DNA of 53,563 nucleotides from an uncultured bacterium. GTDB taxonomy: Bacteria > Acidobacteriota > Aminicenantia > Aminicenantales > Aminicenantaceae. Within the stretch, counting starts at the first letter, position 1, and every line of letters begins with the position of its first letter. Where the stretch lies: NCBI GenBank assembly GCA_965603705.1, contig CBFDDY010000001.1:1-53563 (forward strand), in the 5' to 3' direction. A program made the translations under genes and the position numbers. The notes beneath the pieces are model-generated. The model had not been told where the DNA came from. It did no database searches and was given only the letters and a program-made list of their open reading frames with translations. This document shows, one piece after another, positions 29,246 to 39,228 of the stretch.

Positions 29246-31561
29246 TTACTCATAACGCAAGGACTCCACTGGGTTGGCCCGGGCAGCTTTGATAGTTTGA
29301 TAACAAATTGTCAACATGGATATCCCCAGGGTTAAAAGCCCGGCTATAATAAAAATGCCCAGAGACAGATTCGCATGATAGGCAAACTTCTGCAGCCAAT
29401 CGTTTATCAAAAAATAGGCCAGTGGCCAGACAATTAAATTGGCAAAAAATACCAGTATGATAAACTCCCTGGATATGTACTTAATAATATTTAAATTTGA
29501 AGCACCTAAAACCTTCCTCAAACCAATTTCTTTTGTTTTGCGAACCATTGCATAGGATGACAGACCAAACAATCCCAGACAGGAAATAAGTATAGCCAAA
29601 ATAGAAAAACTAGTCATTAAATGGCCGGTTCTACTTAGGCCCACCAGATTGGATTGGTAATCATCTTCCAAAAAACTGTAGCTATAGGGATATTGGGGAA
29701 TAATCCTTTTCCAAGTTTGCTCTATTAAAGTCAGAGTGGATGCAGTATTGCCCTTTTGGATTCGGATCAGCATGTTATCCATACTTTGGGGCTCCAGTTC
29801 CAGAACCAGGGGTTCTATTGTGTTTTCCAGGGAATTGAAATGAAAATTCTTAACCATCCCCACTATTTTTCCCGGTTGCTCTCCATGTTTTAGGGTTATA
29901 CCAGCCACCGACTTTATACCCATTAATTTGGCCATTTCTTCATTTATAATAAAGCACTTATTGTATGATCTGCCCTCTATAAAGTCCTCCCCCTCAATCA
30001 ATTTCATCTCCATGGTTGAAAAAAAATTATAATCAACGGCATTGTAGCTGATCATAGGTTTTTTATCGGGACCTTTGCCCTCCCAACTAATCCCCCCCTG
30101 CCGCCAGTTAAAAAAGGGAAGTTCTAGGGCTGTGGCAGATACCGCCTTAATCCTGGAATCTTTTAACAGTTCGTCTTTAAAGACCTTATAATATTTCTCA
30201 CTGCCTCCCCCCATGGGAATACAAACCATGTTTTTTTTATTATAACCAATATCATAATTTTGGATAAAATCAGTCTGCTGGTGGACTGCCAGCATACCAA
30301 TGATCAGCATGATCGATAGAACAAACTGGAAGGTTACGGTTGCCTTTCTTAGCCTGTTCCCTTTCAAATCCGAATCTATTTTATCCTTTATTACCTGGAT
30401 AATCTTATAATTAGAGAGGAAAAAGGCTGGATAAATACCAGCCACCAGACCGGTAAATAAGGCTAGAACTAAAGAAGCAAATATAAGAAAGGAATAATTT
30501 AAGATTATATCTCTTCCGGTCAGGTTTTTTAACAAAGGGAGCAACAAGATATATGATGCGATCGCCAATATAGCTGCAATTAAAGAAAGGAATACGGACT
30601 CACCCAAAAATTGAACAATCATCTGTTTTTTGCGGGCTCCCACCACCTTGCGCAGGCCAATCTCCCTGGCTCGCTTGGCCGATCGGGCAGTAGAGAGATT
30701 CATAAAATTAAAACAGGCAATCAACAAAATAAATACGGCAATGATAGTAAATGCATAAATACTGGTTTTATCGGAGTAAAAAAAGAAATACCTCTCCTTC
30801 AAGGGCATTACTGTAGCTGGCGCATCAACACTTGCTCTCCGGTCATTTAACAACTCGGCAATCTTGGAGTTCAAATGATCCGTTCTTGTATCCTCCCGGC
30901 ATTTGATAAAGGTATATACAAAAAGATTATTCCAGTCCATATACCATTTTTCTTTGCTTTTAATATTAAACTCTATTGGAATAAGCATATCGAATCTAAA
31001 AGTTGAATTAGGAGGAATTTGTTTTAATACGCCAGTTACGGTTAAAGGGTCCTTGTGATTTAAGGTTAAAGCTTTTCCGATGGGATTGGTGTCGCCAAAA
31101 TACTTTTTTGCTGTTGCAGGAGAGATAATTATGGAGTTGGGATCATTTAAGGCACTATTGGCATCCCCCTTCAATAGAGGAAAGTTAAAAACCTTAAAAA
31201 AAGACGGGTCCACAAACCTTATTTTATTTTCTGTATGGGTGATATTCTGATAACTAATAAAAGTTTGCCCCCAGGGCCAATGAAGCCTGGTATATTCAAT
31301 TATTTCGGGTATCTCTTTTATTAACTCTGGTCCCAAACCAGTGGGAGTAGTAGAATTATTTTTAATTTCCTTATGGGTAAACACCTGATATATGGTCTGG
31401 GAATCCTTATGAAAAGAATCTATACTCAATTCATACTTTACAAAGGAAAATATGAGCAATGCACATGCGATTCCCAAAGTCAATCCAAAAATATTGATAA
31501 AAGAAAAACCAAAGTGTTTTTTGATATTCCTAAAAGCGATTTTTAAATAGTTTTTAAGCAT
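29246..31561 (-). CDS. Duplicated FtsX/MacB-type ABC permease, paralogue 5
   Basis: 771 aa. MLKNYLKIAFRNIKKHF. Motifs AREIGLRKVVG and TKEIGLRKVLG. Ends NPVESLRYE*. Confidence 0.9.
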   Translation of the reverse strand: MLKNYLKIAFRNIKKHFGFSFINIFGLTLGIACALLIFSFVKYELSIDSFHKDSQTIYQVFTHKEIKNNSTTPTGLGPELIKEIPEIIEYTRLHWPWGQTFISYQNITHTENKIRFVDPSFFKVFNFPLLKGDANSALNDPNSIIISPATAKKYFGDTNPIGKALTLNHKDPLTVTGVLKQIPPNSTFRFDMLIPIEFNIKSKEKWYMDWNNLFVYTFIKCREDTRTDHLNSKIAELLNDRRASVDAPATVMPLKERYFFFYSDKTSIYAFTIIAVFILLIACFNFMNLSTARSAKRAREIGLRKVVGARKKQMIVQFLGESVFLSLIAAILAIASYILLLPLLKNLTGRDIILNYSFLIFASLVLALFTGLVAGIYPAFFLSNYKIIQVIKDKIDSDLKGNRLRKATVTFQFVLSIMLIIGMLAVHQQTDFIQNYDIGYNKKNMVCIPMGGGSEKYYKVFKDELLKDSRIKAVSATALELPFFNWRQGGISWEGKGPDKKPMISYNAVDYNFFSTMEMKLIEGEDFIEGRSYNKCFIINEEMAKLMGIKSVAGITLKHGEQPGKIVGMVKNFHFNSLENTIEPLVLELEPQSMDNMLIRIQKGNTASTLTLIEQTWKRIIPQYPYSYSFLEDDYQSNLVGLSRTGHLMTSFSILAILISCLGLFGLSSYAMVRKTKEIGLRKVLGASNLNIIKYISREFIILVFFANLIVWPLAYFLINDWLQKFAYHANLSLGIFIIAGLLTLGISMLTICYQTIKAARANPVESLRYE

Positions 31562-31589
31562 TTTTATTTCCTCTTAAATTACTTAATCA

Positions 31590-33929
31590 TCACTCATACC
31601 TCATACTATCAATGGGTTTGGCAGTAGCTGCCCTGATGGTTTGATAACCTACTGTAAATATGGAAACCATAAAAACTAGAACTCCAGCCAGTAAAAATGA
31701 CCATATAGTGAGATTGATATGATAGGCAAAATTCTGTAACCATTTATTTATAACAAACCATGCTATAGGCCATGCGAAAATGTTGGCAACTAAAACCCAT
31801 TTTGCGAACTCCTTGATTAAAAGAGATATAATACTCGGCACCGTCGCTCCTACTACTTTTCTTATACCAATCTCTTTTGTTCTCTGTTGGGATGAGAATT
31901 GTGCAAGAGCAAAAAGCCCAAGGCAGGAAATAAAAATTGCCAGCAATGAGAAATAGCCGAGTACCTTAGCCAGAATTGAATCCGAGCGATACATCTGGCC
32001 AACTATCTCATCCATAAAATGAAATTCAAAAGCATAATTGGGACAAAATTTCTTCCAGACTTTCTCAATTGATGCCAGTGTTTTAGCTGTATTACTCGAT
32101 TGAATTTTCAACAAAGCATACCCGGTGTATTTTGGATAATGCAGAAGAAACATTGGTTCAACTTCTTTATGAAGTGATACATAATTAAAATCCTTTACAA
32201 CTCCCAGGATTTTTCTCTCCCCCCCCAATACTTCAAATGTCTTCCCAATGGGTGATTCGATCCCCATCTCTTTTACAGCAGTTTCATTCAAAACTACACT
32301 ATTTCTATCATCTGTAATATGTTCTTTGGAAAAAAATCGCCCCATAACCATTTTCATTCCCATTGTTTCAAGAAATTCATAATCTACAAGTCTATATTGC
32401 ATCTGTACTTTTTTATCAGGGGCTTTACCTGTCCATGATGCATCGGATGTACCGCTTCCTGAGCTTGTTAAAAGAGTATCAATAAATGAAACACTTTCCA
32501 CTCCGGTGCATTTCTTGAATTCATTTTTAAAGGTTTCCACCTGTTGTCTGGTATTGTTGTTCATAGAAAGGCATAAAAGATTAGTATTTGAATAACCTAA
32601 GTCACGGTTTTTTAAATGATCAATCTGTTTGAAAACAACTATTGAAGCAATAATCAGACAAATTGTGATTGCAAACTGGAACATTACAAGTGCTTTTCTG
32701 AAGCCACTCCCAATTTTCCCGGTTTTTGATGATCTTTTCATTGCCTGTGTAGCTTTGAAAGACGATAAAATGATAAGAGGGTACAAAACAGACAATATCA
32801 ATACGGAAATCAGGACAGCAGATATCCCGAAGAAAAATAAATTCCCTGAAGACAAACCGAAGTGGAGGTTTTTCCCGGTAATACTATTAAATCCCGGCAT
32901 TATAATTTCCATTAGAACGAAGACAAAAATCAAAGTAGATAAAAGCAATAAAACGGATTCAGTAAAAAATTGTTTGAAGAGTTTTTTCTGGTTAGCTCCC
33001 AGTACTTTCCGCATTGCTATTTCTTCAGTACGTTTAAATGAGCCTGCAATTGTTAAACTTACGAAGTTAACACTTGCAACAAGAATTATAAGCAGAGCAA
33101 TAATTCCAAATATCCAGACCGATGCAATACTGCCATGCCCCGGTATGTCCCATTTATAAGAGGAATAGAGGTGAATTCTTTTTAATGGTTGAAGATTAAA
33201 ACTAGTATCAATTCCCACATCATTTTTTTTCACTAATTGTGATAGTTTGTCAGAAAACAAAGTGCCGTCAACTCCATCCCGGAACAATAAATATGTATAG
33301 AATGATCTGTTTGACCAGTTATCAATTGCCATATCAAACTGCTTCAGTATTTGAAATGGGACAATTATATTAAAATTCAAATGCGAGTTCTTTCCGGTTT
33401 CCTTTACAATTCCAGTAATTTTGAATTCCTTACCCCTGACAGATATTGTTTTACCCATTGGGTTTTTATTGCTGAAATATTTCTTCGCCATTTCCTCAGT
33501 TAGAATGACAGAATTTGGGTTGTTAAGAGCGTTTTTGGGGTTTCCCTCTGTTAATTCAAAACCGAACATTTTAAAAATTGATGCATCAGCAAAATAAAAA
33601 TTCTTCTCGTTAAAGAACTTATCTCCAATTTTTATTAAACTATCACCACTTCTGAACATCCTGCAATAATCTATCACTTCAGGAAATTCATTAACAACAG
33701 TCGGTCCAACGAGAGGCGCAGTCACTACTGCATTTGCTTCATCACATACTACTCGATAAACATTATCAGCATTTTTCGAAAATCGATCATAATCCAATTC
33801 ATCAAATACCCACATAAGAATAAGAAGAGAGCATGCAATGCTGATTGCAATACCGGAAACAGCAATAAATGAATTCCTTTTTTCTTTTAGAATATTTCTG
33901 AAAGCGATTTTTAAATAATTTTTGATCAT
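31590..33929 (-). CDS. Duplicated FtsX/MacB-type ABC permease, paralogue 6
   Basis: I place the start at the internal Met (MIKNYLKIAFRNILKEK, ATG 33929-33927), 4 nt after the ATPase stop, to match the family N-terminus. The track ORF extends 7 codons further and would overlap. Motifs TEEIAMRKVLG and TKEIGIRKVVG. Ends KPIDSMRYE*. Confidence 0.9.
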   Translation of the reverse strand: MIKNYLKIAFRNILKEKRNSFIAVSGIAISIACSLLILMWVFDELDYDRFSKNADNVYRVVCDEANAVVTAPLVGPTVVNEFPEVIDYCRMFRSGDSLIKIGDKFFNEKNFYFADASIFKMFGFELTEGNPKNALNNPNSVILTEEMAKKYFSNKNPMGKTISVRGKEFKITGIVKETGKNSHLNFNIIVPFQILKQFDMAIDNWSNRSFYTYLLFRDGVDGTLFSDKLSQLVKKNDVGIDTSFNLQPLKRIHLYSSYKWDIPGHGSIASVWIFGIIALLIILVASVNFVSLTIAGSFKRTEEIAMRKVLGANQKKLFKQFFTESVLLLLSTLIFVFVLMEIIMPGFNSITGKNLHFGLSSGNLFFFGISAVLISVLILSVLYPLIILSSFKATQAMKRSSKTGKIGSGFRKALVMFQFAITICLIIASIVVFKQIDHLKNRDLGYSNTNLLCLSMNNNTRQQVETFKNEFKKCTGVESVSFIDTLLTSSGSGTSDASWTGKAPDKKVQMQYRLVDYEFLETMGMKMVMGRFFSKEHITDDRNSVVLNETAVKEMGIESPIGKTFEVLGGERKILGVVKDFNYVSLHKEVEPMFLLHYPKYTGYALLKIQSSNTAKTLASIEKVWKKFCPNYAFEFHFMDEIVGQMYRSDSILAKVLGYFSLLAIFISCLGLFALAQFSSQQRTKEIGIRKVVGATVPSIISLLIKEFAKWVLVANIFAWPIAWFVINKWLQNFAYHINLTIWSFLLAGVLVFMVSIFTVGYQTIRAATAKPIDSMRYE

Positions 33930-33933
33930 TAGG

Positions 33934-34605
33934 TTACTCTTCATTCTCAATCCACCCGTCCTTCAGGTGGATAATGCGATGACCATAGGCTGCCTTCTCT
34001 TCTGAATGGGTGACCTGCAAAATGGTCATTCCCTCTTCTTCATTTAATTTTTTTAAAAGATCCATAATTTCTTTCCCCTGTTTGGAATTTAGGTTTCCAG
34101 TTGGCTCATCAGCCAACAGGAGTCTGGGTCTAATAATCAGAGCCCGAGCCACTGCTGTTAACTGTTGTTGACCACCAGACAGTTGAGCGGGAAAAAGATT
34201 TTTTTTTGCTACAATATTAAAACGATCCAGCATATCTGCTACCAGGCCTTTTCGTTCCGAAGATTTTACTTTTTTATATAAGAGAGGGGTTTCAATATTT
34301 TCATACACAGTCATCTCATCAATTAAATGATACTGCTGGAATATAAATCCTATGTTATGATGGTGAAGGGCTGTGCGTTCTTTCTCTTTTAACTGATGGG
34401 CCGGTTCATCCATAAAATAATATTCCCCCTCAGAGGCTGTATCAAGCATCCCCAGGATATACAGCAGCGTGGATTTTCCCGCCCCTGAAGGGCCCATGAT
34501 GGTAATAAACTCGCCCTCTTTAACCTCCAAGTTGATACTTCTCAAGACAAAGGTCTTAACAAACTTATTGGTATAATATTTATTAATATCATTTAATCTA
34601 ATCAT
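33934..34605 (-). CDS. ABC transporter ATP-binding protein (MacB/LolD-type NBD), copy 1
   Basis: 223 aa. Walker A GPSGAGKST, signature LSGGQQQ, Walker B LLLADEPTGNLN (Asn where the family normally has the D-loop Asp), H-loop VTHS. Confidence 0.9.
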   Translation of the reverse strand: MIRLNDINKYYTNKFVKTFVLRSINLEVKEGEFITIMGPSGAGKSTLLYILGMLDTASEGEYYFMDEPAHQLKEKERTALHHHNIGFIFQQYHLIDEMTVYENIETPLLYKKVKSSERKGLVADMLDRFNIVAKKNLFPAQLSGGQQQLTAVARALIIRPRLLLADEPTGNLNSKQGKEIMDLLKKLNEEEGMTILQVTHSEEKAAYGHRIIHLKDGWIENEE

Positions 34606-34617
34606 TTTTTTCCCCTT

Positions 34618-36927
34618 CTATTCATACCTCAAACTGTCAACCGGGTTGCTAATGGATGCTTTAATGGTTTGATAACCGACCGCAAATATGGAAATCATAA
34701 AAACCAGAACTCCGGCCAGTAAAAATGACCATATAGTGAGATTGCCATGATATGCAAAATTCTGTAACCACTTATTCATAACATACCAGGCAATGGGCCA
34801 GGCTATCAGGTTAGCAATAATCACCCATTTGATAAAATCTTTGGTGAATAAAAAGACGATCTGCCAGCTGGTGGAACCCAGAGTCTTTCTAATTCCCACC
34901 TCCTTTCTCCTTTCCTCGGTATTAAAGGATGCCAGGCCAAATAATCCAAGGCAGGCAATAAATACCGCTATGGCAGAAAAGACATTGACCAATTTTCCAA
35001 TTTTTTCAATATTAAAATATTTACTGTTGAATTCATTATCTAAAAATTCATATTTAAATGGATAAGCAGGCAATATTCCATCCCAAGTCCTTTTAATATA
35101 TTGAATAGTAGCTGATATATCCTGGGATTTAATTTTAACTAAGGCAAATTCAATAGTATTGGGCCGTAACAGCAGGATAAGAGGCTCAATTTTTTTTTCT
35201 AATGTTTCGTGGTTAAAATTTTTTACAACTCCGATAATCTCTCCAGGCTTATCCCAGAGACGGATAGTTTCTCCCACCGGCGATGTAAATCCCATCACCC
35301 CGGCCATTTCCTCATTTATAATATAGTTCTTAGTATCTGAAGGATATTCCTTTGAAAAAACTCTACCTTCCTTAATACCTATCATCATGGTTTTGAAAAA
35401 ATCATAATCAATATAATTAAAATTGACAAAAACATTCTGATCCTTATCCTTCCCATCCCAATCTATACCACCTGTTGTCCAGCCAAAATAAGGCATTCCA
35501 GCAATTGATCCGGATACACTTTGAATTCTTTGATCCAGATTTAAATTATTTTTAAAAACTGAATAAAATTTTAAACTTTCTCCTTTAAAGGGAATTTGAA
35601 TAACATGTTCTCTTTGATACCCAACATCCATATCTTTCATGTGATTTAACTGAGTAAAAATACCTTTTGCCCCAATAATAAGGATCACTGAGATAGAAAA
35701 TTGAAAGACAATGAGAGCATTCCTTACGATATGACTTTTTCTTTTTCCCTGCACTTTCCCTTTTAATACATCGGTCGGTTGAAAATTAGAAATGAAGAAT
35801 GCTGGATAGATGCCTGCAAAGATTCCGGAAATTAGGGTTACAAAACCCATAATCAAAATCAAAAACAGGTTGTTTAAAAGAAGTGTTTTGCCGGTGAGAT
35901 TAGTAAAAACACGGAGTAAAGGGCCTAATGCTATCAGAACTAAAAAAATAGCAATAACAGCTAAAATCAGTGATTCCCCTAAAAACTGGAAAATGATATT
36001 TTTTCTAAATGCTCCTGAAACTTTTCTTATCCCAATTTCTCTGGCTCTATTTATGGAACGAACCGTTGAAAGATTTATGAAATTAACTGAAGCGATAATC
36101 AGGATTAATATTCCTATCATTAAAAAAAGGTAGATGTATTTTTTTATACCAGAAAAAAATAAATGCCTCTCTTTAAAAGGTAAAATAGAAAGGCCCAGTT
36201 TAGAACCGGTTTGATATTTTTCTACAAAATTAGCTAACTTACTATTGATATCCTTGAGAGAAGCATTTTCATGTACTTGGATGAAAACCTTTGGGGCAAA
36301 ATTATCCCACGACAAAGCCCCGGTTGAACTAATATTTTCAAAAGGGATCACCATTTCAAACTGGATGCTTGAATTAAAGGCAATATCCTCTATAATCCCG
36401 GTAATTTTAAAATCATACTTATGATTAATCGTTAAGATTTTACCCATTGGATTTTCATGGGGAAAATATTTATCGGCTATTTTTTTTGTAATAACAATAG
36501 AATCAGGCCCCTTTAAGGCCAATTGTCTAACACCCTGTAAGAATCTAAATTTAAGTATATCAAAAAAAGTATTATCAACTTTAATGAATCCTTTCTCATA
36601 AAAAGATAAATCATTATGTTTCAATAAGACTTCCGGTTGATTTTCATATCGGCTGGCATATATTATTTCCGGAATATCCTGCTGGAGAACAGGGGCCAGG
36701 GGTTGGGGCAATGACTCAAAATTCTTAAATTTTGCTCCCTGCCCCAATACCTGGTATAGATTATTACTGTTATTATAAAATTTATCATAACTTAGTTCTG
36801 TATAGATCCATAAAGATATCATCAGAAAAGCGGCAATCCCAATCGTCAGGCTAAAAATAGTTATGAAGGAATATCCTTTTTGGCGTAGAATATTTCTAAT
36901 CGTAGTTTTTAAATAATTCCTGATCAT
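34618..36927 (-). CDS. Duplicated FtsX/MacB-type ABC permease, paralogue 7
   Basis: 769 aa. MIRNYLKTTIRNILRQK. Motifs AREIGIRKVSG and RKEVGIRKTLG. Ends NPVDSLRYE*. Confidence 0.9.
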   Translation of the reverse strand: MIRNYLKTTIRNILRQKGYSFITIFSLTIGIAAFLMISLWIYTELSYDKFYNNSNNLYQVLGQGAKFKNFESLPQPLAPVLQQDIPEIIYASRYENQPEVLLKHNDLSFYEKGFIKVDNTFFDILKFRFLQGVRQLALKGPDSIVITKKIADKYFPHENPMGKILTINHKYDFKITGIIEDIAFNSSIQFEMVIPFENISSTGALSWDNFAPKVFIQVHENASLKDINSKLANFVEKYQTGSKLGLSILPFKERHLFFSGIKKYIYLFLMIGILILIIASVNFINLSTVRSINRAREIGIRKVSGAFRKNIIFQFLGESLILAVIAIFLVLIALGPLLRVFTNLTGKTLLLNNLFLILIMGFVTLISGIFAGIYPAFFISNFQPTDVLKGKVQGKRKSHIVRNALIVFQFSISVILIIGAKGIFTQLNHMKDMDVGYQREHVIQIPFKGESLKFYSVFKNNLNLDQRIQSVSGSIAGMPYFGWTTGGIDWDGKDKDQNVFVNFNYIDYDFFKTMMIGIKEGRVFSKEYPSDTKNYIINEEMAGVMGFTSPVGETIRLWDKPGEIIGVVKNFNHETLEKKIEPLILLLRPNTIEFALVKIKSQDISATIQYIKRTWDGILPAYPFKYEFLDNEFNSKYFNIEKIGKLVNVFSAIAVFIACLGLFGLASFNTEERRKEVGIRKTLGSTSWQIVFLFTKDFIKWVIIANLIAWPIAWYVMNKWLQNFAYHGNLTIWSFLLAGVLVFMISIFAVGYQTIKASISNPVDSLRYE

Positions 36928-36947
36928 TTTTCAGCCCCGATCAGTTC

Positions 36948-37160
36948 TTACTTTTTTACCCGGTACAGAACTGCCCCTAGATACCCTGATTCATTGATTT
37001 CTGCTATATACAATCCTGGCTGGTAATGAGAGCGAATTGATAATTTTGATTCTGATAATTCATTTAAGAGACTGGCTGGCGAGTGGCTACCATTTGCATT
37101 ATAGAGGAAAAAACTTTCTGTCTCCTCCTCCAGTTTGGTCAGTATATCTTTAAGACTCAT
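36948..37160 (-). CDS. Hypothetical 70-aa soluble protein embedded in the efflux operon
   Basis: ORF with GGGAG 6 nt upstream of its ATG, lying between ATPase copy 2 and paralogue 7. No TM segment and no recognisable motif (MSLKDILTKLEEETESFFLYNANGSHSPASLLNEL...). Confidence 0.45.
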   Translation of the reverse strand: MSLKDILTKLEEETESFFLYNANGSHSPASLLNELSESKLSIRSHYQPGLYIAEINESGYLGAVLYRVKK

Positions 37161-37215
37161 TTCTGGCTCCCTATTGATTATTTACTTCTCTGCTAATTTT
37201 CCTGTTTGTCTACTC

Positions 37216-37905
37216 CTACAAATGAAACTCCTCCTTGACATTTTCTGTGACAATATGGCCGTCAAATAGATGGATTACTCTCTGGCTATATTCAGCATAG
37301 ACCGGCGAGTGAGTCACCATTATTATGGTGGTCCCTTCCTCATGCAACTGGGTAATTAAACTCATGACCTCTTCTCCATTCTCTGAATCAAGATTACCGG
37401 TCGGTTCATCCGCCAGGATCAATTTTGGTTTGGTCACAATAGCCCTGGCTACAGCCACCCTTTGCTGCTGACCCCCGGAGAGCTGCTGGGGAAAGTGTTT
37501 TCTGCGGGGAACCAGTTTTAACCGTTCCATCACCTCTTCCGCTGTTTTCTTCCGGTCGGTGGCTGATGCTTTTAAATACAAAAGGGGTAATTCAATATTT
37601 TCATATACTGTCAACTCATCAATGAGGTTAAAACTCTGGAAAACAAAACCAATGTTTCCCTTCCTCAAATTGGTCCTTTTCCGTTCCGGGAATTTTGCAA
37701 CATCCCCCCCCAGAAACAAGTATTCCCCTTCAGAAGGATTATCCAAAAGTCCCAGAACATTAAGAAGAGTGGATTTGCCACACCCTGAGGGGCCCATAAT
37801 AGAGACAAATTCCCCTTCCTTTACCTTCAGGTTAACATTGTTTAGCGCTGTGGTCTCAACCTCATCAGTGGTGTAAATTTTTTTCAAATTCTTTGTTTCA
37901 ATCAT
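37216..37905 (-). CDS. ABC transporter ATP-binding protein (MacB/LolD-type NBD), copy 2
   Basis: 229 aa. Walker A GPSGCGKST, LSGGQQQ, Walker B plus canonical D-loop LILADEPTGNLD, H-loop VTHS. Confidence 0.9.
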   Translation of the reverse strand: MIETKNLKKIYTTDEVETTALNNVNLKVKEGEFVSIMGPSGCGKSTLLNVLGLLDNPSEGEYLFLGGDVAKFPERKRTNLRKGNIGFVFQSFNLIDELTVYENIELPLLYLKASATDRKKTAEEVMERLKLVPRRKHFPQQLSGGQQQRVAVARAIVTKPKLILADEPTGNLDSENGEEVMSLITQLHEEGTTIIMVTHSPVYAEYSQRVIHLFDGHIVTENVKEEFHL

Positions 37906-37936
37906 ATTGATATCTCCTTGATAAAATCATTTTATT

Positions 37937-39196
37937 TTAATTATCTTTAAGAATTAACTCCTCAGCCTTACCAAAATTATCATAGGAAGAGGTAATTACT
38001 TTATCACCCGGCTCTAACCCCTCTAATACTTCGAAAAATAAAGGATTCTGCCTGCCCAGTTTTATGTCTCTTTTTATTGCTCTCTGTTCCTTTTCATTCA
38101 GAATAAAGACCCAATATCCTCCACTTTTTTGATAAAAACCACCCTTAGGTAATAAGAGTGCCTCTTCCAGATCTCCCAGTTCAAACCGAATATGCAGGGT
38201 TTGACCTCGACGAATTCTCTGAGGCTGTTGATCTATAAATATAAAATCTACCTTAAACTCATTTTCTTCAACCTCTGGATAGACCATGGTAGATTTCAGT
38301 TTGAAATCCTTCCCTGAATAAGGAAATGTCCCGGTTCTGCCAACCTCGACCCGGGTTATATAATGCTGATCTATTGGAGATCTTACTTTAAAACTGTTAA
38401 TAACATCCACTTGTCCCAACCGTATACCCCGAGGCATAGACTCACCGATTTGAAACTCAATCAAACTGAGTAGTCCTTCAATAGGGGCTTTAATGGTTAA
38501 TTCATCCTGCTTTTGCATAATAATTTTTAAATTACCCCTCATTCTGTTTAAGGATGATTCCAACTGTTGAATTTGCTGCTGACGAAATGATATGTCTGTT
38601 TCTTTTGAACGCCTGGTTAATTCATATTTTTCTTTTAGATAATTACAGTTATTTTCAGCTGTCTCAAAATCCTGTTTGGAGACTAGTTTTTCTTTAAATA
38701 AATAGGTGTATCTTTCATATTTATTCTGAGCTTCTTTTAACTCAAACCCAATCTGAGCCAGCTGCTGATCCAGCATTATGCCATAACGTTCAAGGTCCAA
38801 CTTGGTATTTCTCAGATTGTTGATCTGTCGATATAGTTCTGCTTCCCGGTACATAATATCCAGTAATAGGTTGGTATTGGAAAGCTTTAGAATTCTATCA
38901 CCTTTTTTTACATATAAACCAGGCTGAGCAAAAATCTTCTCAATCCGTCCTCCTTCGGTGGCTACTAAATACCTGGTATCTATAGGGATAACTTCACCTA
39001 CTATCGGGATGAATTCTTGAAAAGGTCCTTTAGTAACGGTAGAAACAGTCAATCGTTCTTTATTAACTCGCAACTGGTTGCTTTTTATAGTAAGTAGGGT
39101 ATATATTACAAAAATTATAAAAAGTCCGCTTAAAGACAAAATAACTATCCGTTTAGGCGTCCATCTTTTTTTCTTTATTTTTCGATCCATACTCAT
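37937..39196 (-). CDS. HlyD/MFP-family periplasmic adaptor (membrane fusion protein)
   Basis: 419 aa. N-terminal anchor (MSMDRKIKKKRWTPKRIVILSLSGLFIIFVIYTLL), lipoyl-like halves flanking a long coiled-coil (LDLERYGIMLDQQLAQIGFELKEAQNKYERY...), and a beta-barrel C-terminal part. First gene after cassette A. Confidence 0.85.
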   Translation of the reverse strand: MSMDRKIKKKRWTPKRIVILSLSGLFIIFVIYTLLTIKSNQLRVNKERLTVSTVTKGPFQEFIPIVGEVIPIDTRYLVATEGGRIEKIFAQPGLYVKKGDRILKLSNTNLLLDIMYREAELYRQINNLRNTKLDLERYGIMLDQQLAQIGFELKEAQNKYERYTYLFKEKLVSKQDFETAENNCNYLKEKYELTRRSKETDISFRQQQIQQLESSLNRMRGNLKIIMQKQDELTIKAPIEGLLSLIEFQIGESMPRGIRLGQVDVINSFKVRSPIDQHYITRVEVGRTGTFPYSGKDFKLKSTMVYPEVEENEFKVDFIFIDQQPQRIRRGQTLHIRFELGDLEEALLLPKGGFYQKSGGYWVFILNEKEQRAIKRDIKLGRQNPLFFEVLEGLEPGDKVITSSYDNFGKAEELILKDN

Positions 39197-39228
39197 ATTT
39201 TACTCCTGCACTTATTCACTCATTTATA

